Made by a program: the position numbers and the translations under genes. Shown one piece after another: positions 10,174 to 20,806 of a stretch of 64,000 nucleotides of DNA (position 1 is the first letter of the stretch; every line of letters begins with the position of its first letter). This stretch comes from an uncultured Chloroflexia bacterium (GTDB lineage Bacteria > Chloroflexota > Limnocylindria > QHBO01). The notes under the pieces were generated by a model, which had not been told where the DNA came from, made no database searches, and worked only from the letters and a program-made list of their open reading frames with translations. The stretch covers positions 1,954,508-2,018,507 of the forward strand of contig CAWGTN010000002.1 in the NCBI GenBank assembly GCA_963825525.1, in the 5' to 3' direction.

Positions 10174-11577
10174 GTGGCCAGCACCCCGTCCGGTGGACGT
10201 CCAGACCAGCCCCGACCGTTGCCGATCCGTGCGGCAGGAGGCGGGCTGCGCCGCGGTTTCGCGTCGCTCTCCGTACGGAACTACCGCCTCTACTGGTCCG
10301 GCCAGGTGGTCTCGCTCATCGGCACCTGGATGCAGCAGGTCAGCCTGCCGTGGCTGATCCTGGCGCTCGGCGGCTCGCCGATCCAGCTTGGCTTCGTGGC
10401 CGTGCTGCAGTTCGGCCCCGCCATGTTCCTTGCCCCATTCGGGGGCGTCATCGCCGATCGCATCGACAAGCGTCACGCTCTGATTGCAACACAGGCCGCC
10501 GCCAGCCTCCAGGCACTGATCCTGTTCGGCCTGGTCGTCACCGGAGTCGTCGAGATTCCGATGGTGATGGCCATGGCCCTGGTCCTGGGGCTCATCAACG
10601 CCGTCGACATGCCGATGCGCCAGGCGCTCGCCGCCGACCTCGTGCCACGGAACCTGCTGCCGAACGCCATTGCGCTCAACTCGATGGCGTTCAACTCCGC
10701 ACGCGTCGTGGGTCCGGCACTCGCCGGGGTGATCATTGCTGCAGGCACGGCGGCAACCGGGTCAGCGCTGGCCGGCATCGCCATCAACCTGGCGGTCAAC
10801 ACGCTGACATACGCCGGCGTCCTCACCGCCCTGGTGCGGATGGACCCGACCGCCATCCGTCGCATGGAGCGGCCGGAACGGCACCCGCCGGTGCTGGAGA
10901 GCCTGCGCGAAGGGTTCACCCATGCCGTGCGAACCCCGCTCGTGCTGTGGTCGCTCGTCCTCCTCGGGGGCATCGCGGCGTTCGGCTTCAACTTCCAGAT
11001 CCTGCTGCCGCTGTTCGCCACCGAGGTCCTGCACCTGGATGCCGACGGCTACGGCGCCCTGTTCGCCGCCATGGGCGTCGGATCACTGGCGGGTTCCCTG
11101 ACCCTGGCGGTCATGCGGCGGCGACGCGCGATCCCGCTCATGCTCGGCGGCGGCCTGCTGTTCTCGCTGCTGCTCATCGGCATTGCGGCCTCCGGCACCG
11201 TGTGGATTGCCGTGCCCCTCGTCCTGGCGGCCGGCTACTTCAGCATGCTCATGATCAACACGATCAACGCCACCGTTCAGGCCAACGTCACCGATGCGCT
11301 GCGCGGCCGGGTGATGAGCTTCTACGTGACCGTGTTCGCCGGATCCGCTCCGCTGGGTGGCCTGCTGGCCGGAGCCGTTGCCGAGGGGTGGGGCACGCCC
11401 GCAGCCTTCGTGACCGGGGCCGTGCTCTCGATGATCACCGTCGCCGTGGTTGCGGTGGGGCTGCGCCTGGCGTACCGCGACGGCACCCTGGGCGTGACCA
11501 CGCTCGACACGTCGTCCGAGCCGGCCGCCGGGGTCGCACGCGGCGCGAAGGCCGCGCGACCGTCAGCGGCGCGCTGA
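10174..11577 (+). CDS. MFS transporter, tandem paralog of the previous gene
   Basis: Same motifs (RNYRLYW, GGVIADRIDKR, NAIALNS, NTIN..Q, LRGRVMS). Confidence 0.9.
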   Translation: MASTPSGGRPDQPRPLPIRAAGGGLRRGFASLSVRNYRLYWSGQVVSLIGTWMQQVSLPWLILALGGSPIQLGFVAVLQFGPAMFLAPFGGVIADRIDKRHALIATQAAASLQALILFGLVVTGVVEIPMVMAMALVLGLINAVDMPMRQALAADLVPRNLLPNAIALNSMAFNSARVVGPALAGVIIAAGTAATGSALAGIAINLAVNTLTYAGVLTALVRMDPTAIRRMERPERHPPVLESLREGFTHAVRTPLVLWSLVLLGGIAAFGFNFQILLPLFATEVLHLDADGYGALFAAMGVGSLAGSLTLAVMRRRRAIPLMLGGGLLFSLLLIGIAASGTVWIAVPLVLAAGYFSMLMINTINATVQANVTDALRGRVMSFYVTVFAGSAPLGGLLAGAVAEGWGTPAAFVTGAVLSMITVAVVAVGLRLAYRDGTLGVTTLDTSSEPAAGVARGAKAARPSAAR

Positions 11578-12075
11578 GTGGCTGGGGAGGAGGACCTGGA
11601 GCTCCTCGAGCGCGGCGGCGACGCCGGCGCGACGTTCCTCCGGGATCGGCTCAAGGAGGTCGTGGGCTGCCTGCAGCAGGTCCTGGCGCATGGCACGTGC
11701 CTGGCGTCGACCGGTGGGCGTGGGCGCCAGCAGCACGGCGCGCTTGTCGTTCGGGTCGGTGTGACGCTCGACAAGCCCGGCGTCGGCCAGGGTGCCCGCC
11801 AACCGCGTCACCACCGGCGCCGTGACCATCAGCCGTCGGGCGACCTCCGCCTGGGGCTGGGGGCCCATGGTGTCGACGATGCGCAGGACGTTGTACTGCT
11901 GGTAGGTGAGCTCGCCCCACGTCTGGCGCCTTCGCGCGTGCGCCACGAGATGGCGCATCACGGGGCCGACCGTACCGATCAGGCTTGCCTCGAGGCTCGG
12001 GAGCTCGGGCGCGGGCGGATCACTGATGCGCGGCTTGCGCGAACGGACCGCGGGGGCTTTGGGGGCCATGGGCAT
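11563..12075 (-). CDS. MarR family transcriptional regulator
   Basis: LTYQQYNVL, EVARRLMVTAPVVTRL, GLVERHTDPNDKR. Start uncertain (12075, 12069 or further inside). Confidence 0.85.
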   Translation of the reverse strand: MPMAPKAPAVRSRKPRISDPPAPELPSLEASLIGTVGPVMRHLVAHARRRQTWGELTYQQYNVLRIVDTMGPQPQAEVARRLMVTAPVVTRLAGTLADAGLVERHTDPNDKRAVLLAPTPTGRRQARAMRQDLLQAAHDLLEPIPEERRAGVAAALEELQVLLPSHSARR

Positions 12076-13282
12076 GGATCGTAGCAGTCCCACGCGGGCG
12101 CGGCTGACGCTCCTCCTGCTGTCGGTCGCCCACGGCGCCATTCACGCGCAGTCGGCGCTGATGCCGCTCGTGTATCCGATCGTGATCGTCGAGTACGGGC
12201 TCAACGCGCGGGACATCGGCACGTTCATCGCCATCACGACCGCCGTCGGCGGCTCGATGCAGCTCGGGTACGGGTTCCTGACGCGGTATGTCGCGCGGCC
12301 GACCCTGCTGGCAGGCGGACAGCTCCTGTTCGGCACGAGCCTCGTCATCGGCGGCCTGTCCCAGTCGATCGTCCAGCTGCTCGGCGCGATCAGTGCGGCC
12401 CGCATCGGTGCCAGCCCCCAGCATCCGGTGGGCAACGCGCTCATCTCGGACGTCTATCCCGCGCAACGGCGTGGCTTCGCGATCAGCGCCCATATCAGTG
12501 GCGGGAACATCGGCACCATCGTCGTCCCATTCGTGGGCGGGGCACTGCTGCTCTCCATCGGCTGGCAGGCGACCCTTGCCCTGTTCGGCATCCCGGCCCT
12601 GATCATGGGCGTGCTCATCGCCATCTTCGTCCGCGAGGATCACGCCGATTATCGACGTCGCGCTCGTGCATCGGGATCGGTGCGACAGCACCTGGGCGAG
12701 GTCCTGGGCCGCGGCGACCTTCGGCTCATCCTGGGCGCCTCGCTGGTGGCGGCCGGCGGACGGGGCCTCGACATCGTCGCGCCGTTCATGGTGCTCTACC
12801 TGACCGGCTCTCTCGGCTTCGACGAGGGCACGGTGACACTGCTCTACGCCCTGCTGTTGGTCGGGGCGGTTGTCGGGCCGGTCATGGCGGGGATGCTGTC
12901 CGACCGGTTCGGACGCCGGCCGACCCTCATCGCCTACTACCTGGCGTCGGCCGTCGGGATCCTCGCGTTCCTGGCCGCCGGCGCGAACCTGTTCTTCCTG
13001 ATCCCGGTGCTCCTGCCGTTCGGCACGGCGGTCTTCAGCGAGTCACCGATTCTCCAGGCGTACCTTGCCGACCGTGCCGTCGGGCCGATTCGCGACGTCG
13101 CGTTCGCGGTGTACTTCACGGTCGCGTTCGGCATCGGCGCGGTATGGGCATTCGTCATCGGCTTCGTGGCCAATGCGGTGGGCTACCCGGCCGCGTTCAC
13201 GATCATGGCGGCCTCGTATGTCGCTGCAGCTGGCCTGCTGCTGGCCGTGCGGGACCACGGCCGGAAGCTCGACCCCGCCTGA
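12068..13282 (+). CDS. MFS transporter (Fsr-like)
   Basis: 12 TM segments, QHPVGNALIS, RRGFAISAH, GMLSDRFGRR. Confidence 0.85.
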   Translation: MGMDRSSPTRARLTLLLLSVAHGAIHAQSALMPLVYPIVIVEYGLNARDIGTFIAITTAVGGSMQLGYGFLTRYVARPTLLAGGQLLFGTSLVIGGLSQSIVQLLGAISAARIGASPQHPVGNALISDVYPAQRRGFAISAHISGGNIGTIVVPFVGGALLLSIGWQATLALFGIPALIMGVLIAIFVREDHADYRRRARASGSVRQHLGEVLGRGDLRLILGASLVAAGGRGLDIVAPFMVLYLTGSLGFDEGTVTLLYALLLVGAVVGPVMAGMLSDRFGRRPTLIAYYLASAVGILAFLAAGANLFFLIPVLLPFGTAVFSESPILQAYLADRAVGPIRDVAFAVYFTVAFGIGAVWAFVIGFVANAVGYPAAFTIMAASYVAAAGLLLAVRDHGRKLDPA

Positions 13283-13283
13283 A

Positions 13284-13670
13284 TCAGCAGACCGGAACGC
13301 CGTCGCAGATTTCATCGACCCGTGCATCGAGGGCATTGATGCGTTCGAGGATCTCGTCGAGTCGATCGAGGAGGGCGGCGGTGCCTGCGCTGCCGTCGCC
13401 GGTGCCTCCCGATGGGAGATCACCGCTGAACGCGATGACCCATGATTCGATGTCGTTCTCGAGCTCGGCCAGCCGCATCGACAGCTCGCTCATCGGGACG
13501 CCGCGCTCGACGCCTTCCACGGCTGCCTGCAGGGTCGTCAGCTCGTCGCGCGTCGCATCGAGCTCCGCTCGCAGGCCGATCGTCTGGAGCAGCACGAAGA
13601 GGAGGAGCACGATGCTGGCGAGGGCAAGGATGACGAGGATTGGCGCGGTGGAGGATCGCATGACGGTCAC
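13284..13670 (-). CDS. Hypothetical membrane-anchored coiled-coil protein
   Basis: N-terminal TM helix, heptad-like segments, C-terminal CDGVPVC; fills the gap between neighbours. Confidence 0.6.
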   Translation of the reverse strand: MTVMRSSTAPILVILALASIVLLLFVLLQTIGLRAELDATRDELTTLQAAVEGVERGVPMSELSMRLAELENDIESWVIAFSGDLPSGGTGDGSAGTAALLDRLDEILERINALDARVDEICDGVPVC

Positions 13671-13741
13671 ATCAGCAAGTCCATGGCCGCGCTCAGTTTT
13701 TCGCCGTCAGCCGCTCGAGCTCGGCGGTCTAGAATCGCTCG

Positions 13742-15719
<1,978 letters not shown>

Positions 15720-15755
15720 CGTCCGCCGGTTCTGCGATCCGGTAGTCTGCCCCGC

Positions 15756-16241
15756 GTGATGAAGGCGAATCGGCCGCGCGCGTTTGTCGTACCCCCCGAC
15801 GGCGGGACGACCCTGCGCAGCCCGGTCGGCGGCGTGACGCTGCTCAAGGCGGCCACCGAGTCGACGGGCGGCAGCTTCACCCTTCTCGAGAACCACGTTC
15901 CGCCGTTGGCCGGCCCACCCAGGCACGTCCACGCGCGAGAGGACGAGATGTGGTTCGTGCTCGAGGGCGACCTGCGCTTCCGTGCCGACGAGGAGATCCT
16001 CCATGCCGCGCAGGGTTCGTTCGTGTTCGTCCCGCGCGGCACGGAGCACTGCTTTCAGAACGTGAGCGACGTCGTGGCTCGCGTCCTCGTCATGTTCACC
16101 CCATCAGGCATGGAGAGGTTCTTCGAGGGCCACGCGGCGCTGCCGGACGGGCCGGTGGATCCCGAGGCGTACCGCAAGATCGCCCACGACGCGTGGATGA
16201 CGGTCGTCGGCCCTCCGCTCGGAGAGTCGAACCCGCTCTGA
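15756..16241 (+). CDS. Cupin domain protein
   Basis: PPRHVH..EDEMWFVLEG and VPRGTEHCF cupin motifs. Confidence 0.85.
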   Translation: MMKANRPRAFVVPPDGGTTLRSPVGGVTLLKAATESTGGSFTLLENHVPPLAGPPRHVHAREDEMWFVLEGDLRFRADEEILHAAQGSFVFVPRGTEHCFQNVSDVVARVLVMFTPSGMERFFEGHAALPDGPVDPEAYRKIAHDAWMTVVGPPLGESNPL

Positions 16242-16261
16242 CGCGAGGTTCTACGCGCCGA

Positions 16262-16744
16262 TCACTCTCCGGAGCCGACCTGGACAACAACCAGGGATCC
16301 CGAGCCATTTCCACTCGGCCCGACGCTCACGACGCCGCCGAAGGAGTCGTCTCCGGGATCCTGGAATATCCACGAGTAGGTCCCTTCCGCCGACGTTCGG
16401 CTGAAGACCTCGAAGCCTCCGCTGGTGATCTTTCCTTCGTAGAACGACTCGAGGTCATCCGGTGACTGGCTCGACTCGAACGACAGGAAGATGACGCCAC
16501 CGGCAGTCGTGCGCGACGTCTCCGACGAATCGGGTGGGGTGAGGTCCTCTGCCAGCTGCTCGAGGTCGGCGGACGAGCCGTTCCCACCGCCCCCATCCCC
16601 GCCGCTTGTCTCGTTCGGTTGCGGCGTGCCGGCCGCTTCGCTCGCCGGTCCATCCCCACCCCCGTCGTCACTCGAGCCGGAGCCGCCACATGCGGCCAGC
16701 AGCAACGCGAGGAAGATGGGCGCGAGGGCTCGGGTGGATCGCAT
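16262..16744 (-). CDS. Hypothetical lipoprotein
   Basis: Lipobox LLAAC, Gly/Ser linker, small globular C-terminus. Confidence 0.7.
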   Translation of the reverse strand: MRSTRALAPIFLALLLAACGGSGSSDDGGGDGPASEAAGTPQPNETSGGDGGGGNGSSADLEQLAEDLTPPDSSETSRTTAGGVIFLSFESSQSPDDLESFYEGKITSGGFEVFSRTSAEGTYSWIFQDPGDDSFGGVVSVGPSGNGSGSLVVVQVGSGE

Positions 16745-16859
16745 GGGGTCGTCCTCCGTACCGTTTCGGCCGCGGGGAACTGCGGGCTGCCCGCTCGCCG
16801 TATCGGCGGACGTTGCGCCCGAGCGACCTGCGCCGTCAAGGGCCGAACATCCCCAGGTT

Positions 16860-16901
16860 GGCCTGGGTCTGGAATCGGGGCATGTCCGAGGCCCCCGCGC
16901 A
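16860..16901 (+). repeat. Degenerate duplicate of the DtxR-family gene promoter and first codons (other copy 17193-17234)
   Basis: ggcctgggtctggaatcggggcatgtccgaggcccccgcgca vs ggcccgggtctagaatcggggcatgtcccagacgcctgcgca, 6 mismatches in 42 nt. Confidence 0.75.
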
Positions 16902-16930
16902 TCGGGGGAGAGCTGGCCGGTCGCAGCCGA

Positions 16931-17109
16931 CTCGATATATCGCGCGAAGGTTCACGTTGGGCGGTCCATGCGTGTCAATGTCGCGATATATCGAGTGCCC
17001 ACGAGCGTGAGCCGCACCCCCGCGCGCAGCCCACGTGGCGAGGCTCTTGAAATATCGCGGAATGGGCACGCGAAACGGCTGCGCGGTGAGATTCGCTCGA
17101 ACTATCGAG
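16931..17109. repeat. Double-hairpin intergenic element, family 2, copy 1
   Basis: CTCGATATATCGCG (16931) and CGCGATATATCGAG (ends 16995) form a perfect inverted repeat; second degenerate unit at 17046-17109. Same layout at 39333-39510. Confidence 0.7.
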
Positions 17110-17137
17110 GGGAATCTTCAGGATGACCGCTGCGGCT

Positions 17138-17165
17138 GGCTCGGCTCGGCTCGGCTCGGCTCGGC
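17138..17165 (+). repeat. (GGCTC)n pentanucleotide microsatellite
   Basis: ggctcggctcggctcggctcggctcggc. Confidence 0.8.
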
Positions 17166-17214
17166 GTCGCCATCATCGGCCTCCGCCCAACCGGCCCGGG
17201 TCTAGAATCGGGGC

Positions 17215-17979
17215 ATGTCCCAGACGCCTGCGCAGGAGCCGACCGACGCTGCCGCCGAGTACCTGATGACCGTGCGCTACATGCACGGGGAGGGACAGCC
17301 GGTCATCGCGGCGCGGCTGGCGGAGCGCCTCGGCGTCAGCGCGGCCACCGTCAGCGAGATGGTCACCCGCCTGGTCCGGGAAGGGTTACTGGCGGTCGAT
17401 GCCGACACCCGGCAGCTCAACCTCACCGACGAGGGGCGAACAGCCGCCGAGCGGACATTCCGCCGGCACGCCCTGTCGGAGTGGCTGCTGACCGAGGTCA
17501 TCGGCCTCGGGTGGGCGGAGGCCGATGAGGAAGCGCACCACCTGCAGCACGCGTTCAGTGATCGGGTCACCGACAAGATCGATGAGCTGCTCGGCGAACC
17601 GCCCACCTGCCCGCACGGCAACCCGATCCCGCGGAGCGGCGTGACGCCCGAGCGACCCGCTGGCCTGCGCTTGTCCGAGGCCAGTCCGGGCAGCGACGTC
17701 ACGATCCTGCGCGTGACGGAGGAGGCGGAGGAGGACGCGAGACTGCTGACCTTCCTCCAGGAGAACGGGGTCCGTCCCGGCCACGTGTTCGAGGTCGTGG
17801 ATGTCGCCGCCCACATCGGCACCATGACGCTGCGGCGCGTCGACACCGGGGCGGATGACGGTCACGAGGTCACCATCGGCCTGGTCGCCGCCGCAAAGTT
17901 GAGGATGCTCGAGGGACGCGCGGACCAGACTCTGTTCCACCGGGTACCCGAGCGCGCTCGGCTGGCCGCGACCCGCTGA
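17215..17979 (+). CDS. DtxR/MntR family metal-dependent repressor with FeoA domain
   Basis: LAERLGVSAATVSEM HTH, RRHALSEWLL, EAHHLQH, CPHGNPIP. Confidence 0.9.
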   Translation: MSQTPAQEPTDAAAEYLMTVRYMHGEGQPVIAARLAERLGVSAATVSEMVTRLVREGLLAVDADTRQLNLTDEGRTAAERTFRRHALSEWLLTEVIGLGWAEADEEAHHLQHAFSDRVTDKIDELLGEPPTCPHGNPIPRSGVTPERPAGLRLSEASPGSDVTILRVTEEAEEDARLLTFLQENGVRPGHVFEVVDVAAHIGTMTLRRVDTGADDGHEVTIGLVAAAKLRMLEGRADQTLFHRVPERARLAATR

Positions 17980-18005
17980 GGCGGTCTGCTAGCATTCGGC
18001 CCATC

Positions 18006-18209
18006 ATGGTTCGAGATCGAAGCAGACGCGGGATCATTGCGGCCGTGGCCCTGGTCCTGTGGCTGGGCTACATGGCGGTCGGCCTGGCCGTCATCGACAC
18101 CCTGGCGCCGACCGCCGGGGGTGAAGGTCCCGAGGGCGTCGCCGCCTTCGTCGGCCTCGTGTCCGGCGTGCTGACGGTCGGCCTCATCATGTGGGCCGCC
18201 TCGGACTGA
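18006..18209 (+). CDS. Small two-TM membrane protein
   Basis: Two hydrophobic helices; TAGCAT -10-like box upstream. Confidence 0.6.
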   Translation: MVRDRSRRGIIAAVALVLWLGYMAVGLAVIDTLAPTAGGEGPEGVAAFVGLVSGVLTVGLIMWAASD

Positions 18210-18226
18210 GCGACACGCTCGACAGG

Positions 18227-18772
18227 TCAGCCCTTGCGCCGATGGACCAGGAGCAAGAGGCCGATCGGCTCCCCGGCTTCATCGTCCCGGGCAGCGAACT
18301 CCGACCCGATTGCCTCCAACCGAGCCACCAGGTCGCGCCGGTCAGCGGCATTGAGGCGCACGCCAAGTCGTTGGGCGCTGAGGGCCGCTCGCGCACCGGC
18401 CTCGATGAGCTCCTCGCGCGTCGCATCAAGGGCAGCCACCCCGTAGGTGGGTGTCTGCGTGATCCGCAGCATCCAGCTCTTGCCCGTGATCCGGTAGGGC
18501 TGCTCCAGGTGCCCTGACGAGCCCCGGCGCATCGGCTCGGCCTTGAGGAACCCCAGGGTCACGAGTCGTCGCACGTGGTACAGGACGGTGCCAGGGTCGC
18601 GATCAAGCCGATGCGCCAGCTCGCGGTTCGTCATCGACGTGTCGATGCACAGTCGCAGGATTCTGAGTCGCAGCGGATGTGCGAGCGCGCGCGCCTCGGC
18701 GGCGGTGGCATCCCGCTCGGGCGCGGAGGATGCTGCCCCGCCAGACCGACCAGATGATTGACGATCGTCCAT
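18227..18772 (-). CDS. ArsR-type winged-helix regulator
   Basis: ALAHPLRLRIL, TNRELA, GTVLYHVRRL. Confidence 0.85.
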   Translation of the reverse strand: MDDRQSSGRSGGAASSAPERDATAAEARALAHPLRLRILRLCIDTSMTNRELAHRLDRDPGTVLYHVRRLVTLGFLKAEPMRRGSSGHLEQPYRITGKSWMLRITQTPTYGVAALDATREELIEAGARAALSAQRLGVRLNAADRRDLVARLEAIGSEFAARDDEAGEPIGLLLLVHRRKG

Positions 18773-18794
18773 CGATGGAATATTCTCCACCATC

Positions 18795-19838
18795 ATGTCT
18801 CGTCGAACGCGCAGCGCAATGATCCTGTTGTCACTCGTCGTTGCTGCGTGCGGCACGTCGCCACCGCCCGATCCTAGCGTTCCGGGAGCCACGGACGCGG
18901 CGCAGACGGGCTCTCCGTTGGAATCCGAACCGAGCTCGCCCACCGTGCAGCCCAGCTACGATCCCGATGCGCCCCTCGAGGCGGAGGAGCGGCCGCGCGC
19001 CACGATGAACGGCGCCGCGCTGGTCGATCTCTCGTATGCGAGCCCCGGCGGTGGCCGAGTCTCGGCGTGGATGGTGGTTCCCGAGGGTGAGGGGCCGTTC
19101 GCCGGGCTGGTCTACCTTCACGGGAGCGAGACGGATCGCGACGACTTCGTGGACGAGGCGGTGGCCATGGCCAGCGGCGGTGCCGTCTCGATCGTCATCG
19201 ACGCGCCGTTTGCACGATCGGGCGCCGATCACACCGGCACCCTGCAGGACTACTTCGCGCCGGAGTCCGAGGCCGCGCTGGTCGAGCAGACGGTGGCCGA
19301 TATCAGGCGGGCCTTCGACCTCCTCGCCGAGCGACCCGATGTCGACCCGGAGCGGATGGGATTCGTCGGGCACTCGTGGGGCGCCTCGCTCGGCCCACTC
19401 CTTGCCGCACGGGACGATCGGGCGAGCGCCCTGGTCCTGATTGCCGGGCGGCCCAGCTGGACCGGCTTCCTCGTCGAAGCAGCGGACCGGTTCGCCGGTT
19501 CACGAGCCCTGGTGGGTGACGCCGGCTGGCAGCACTACCTCGACGTCATGGCGCCGTATGACGCGGTCGCCAGCGTGGCGGGGCTGGCGGCCGATCGCAT
19601 CTACCTGCAGTTCGGTACGGCCGATGACGTCGTCACGCCGGCCCACGCGGCCGAGTGGCTGGCCGCCGCGCCCGACGGCGTGACGGTCGACACCTATCCG
19701 GCTGCCGGGCATGCCCTTGACGCGACGGCCGTCGCCGACCGCGCCGCGTGGCTGACGGATCGGCTTGGCATGACGGCGATCGGTCCTGATGCACTGGCGG
19801 AGGTCGGGCTACCGGATCGGCCCTCCCGCATTCCCTGA
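18795..19838 (+). CDS. Alpha/beta hydrolase lipoprotein
   Basis: Lipobox VVAAC, YLHG, nucleophile GHSWG, GTADDVV, AGHAL. Confidence 0.85.
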   Translation: MSRRTRSAMILLSLVVAACGTSPPPDPSVPGATDAAQTGSPLESEPSSPTVQPSYDPDAPLEAEERPRATMNGAALVDLSYASPGGGRVSAWMVVPEGEGPFAGLVYLHGSETDRDDFVDEAVAMASGGAVSIVIDAPFARSGADHTGTLQDYFAPESEAALVEQTVADIRRAFDLLAERPDVDPERMGFVGHSWGASLGPLLAARDDRASALVLIAGRPSWTGFLVEAADRFAGSRALVGDAGWQHYLDVMAPYDAVASVAGLAADRIYLQFGTADDVVTPAHAAEWLAAAPDGVTVDTYPAAGHALDATAVADRAAWLTDRLGMTAIGPDALAEVGLPDRPSRIP

Positions 19839-19882
19839 CGCGGGAGCGGCGCCGCACGGGCGGTTGCGCTAGCCTTGGCCGG

Positions 19883-20806
19883 ATGTCCAATCATCCACGC
19901 TGGCTGCTGCCGGCAGCCTTCGTGCTGCTCGGACTGATCTGGGGCTCATCGTTCGCCTGGATCAAGGTCGCGGTCGACGAGATTCCACCTGCCAGCCTCG
20001 TGGCCTGGCGCATGGCCCTCGGGGCGGCCGGCATGCTCGTGCTCCTCGGGGTCATGCGAGCCCGCCTCCCGCGTGGCGTGGGTGAGTGGCTGCCGCTCGC
20101 TGTGCTGGGAGCGGTGAATGCCGCCGTTCCGATCTTCCTCATCAGCTGGGGCGAGCTGTTCGTCGATTCCGGCACCGCCGCCGTCCTCAACTCTCTGACG
20201 CCGATCTTCAGCCTCGTGATCGCGGGCGTCGCGCTGCGCGTCGAGCCGGTGACGCTGCTGCGGGTTATCGGGCTGGTGCTCGGATTCCTGGGCGCAGGAC
20301 TGCTGGCCAGCCGGGAGTTCGATCTGCGAGCTGACGCCTCCGGTCTCATCGGCGCGGGTGCGGTCGTGCTGGCCGCATTCTCGTATGCCGTCGGCGCGTC
20401 GTATGCGCGCCACCGGATCCGTTCGACCCACCGTTACGTGGTAGCCGGCGGTACGCTCGTCTTCGCGGCGATCTACACGACCATCCTGGCCCTCGTCACC
20501 GACGGCGGCCTGATCGTGCCGACCCAGCTCGACACCCTGATCGCGGTCGCCTGGCTGGGGCTGCTGGGGTCGTTCGTTGCCTACGTCCTCTTCTTCTTCC
20601 TGATCGAGCATCTGGGTGCCACCATCGCATCCATGGTCACCTACATCTTCCCGGTGGTCGGCGTCGGGCTTGGCGTGCTGCTCCTCGGTGAGCGGATGGA
20701 CCTTCGTCTCGCGATCGGGACGGCGCTCGTGCTGGCCGGGATCGCGGTGGTGACGCTTCGCTATGATCCGCGCGTGAGCCGCGTGCCCGACGGAGTGCGC
20801 CGGTGA
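19883..20806 (+). CDS. EamA/DMT family transporter
   Basis: [20 protein letters not shown], 10 TM segments. Confidence 0.9.
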   Translation: MSNHPRWLLPAAFVLLGLIWGSSFAWIKVAVDEIPPASLVAWRMALGAAGMLVLLGVMRARLPRGVGEWLPLAVLGAVNAAVPIFLISWGELFVDSGTAAVLNSLTPIFSLVIAGVALRVEPVTLLRVIGLVLGFLGAGLLASREFDLRADASGLIGAGAVVLAAFSYAVGASYARHRIRSTHRYVVAGGTLVFAAIYTTILALVTDGGLIVPTQLDTLIAVAWLGLLGSFVAYVLFFFLIEHLGATIASMVTYIFPVVGVGLGVLLLGERMDLRLAIGTALVLAGIAVVTLRYDPRVSRVPDGVRR

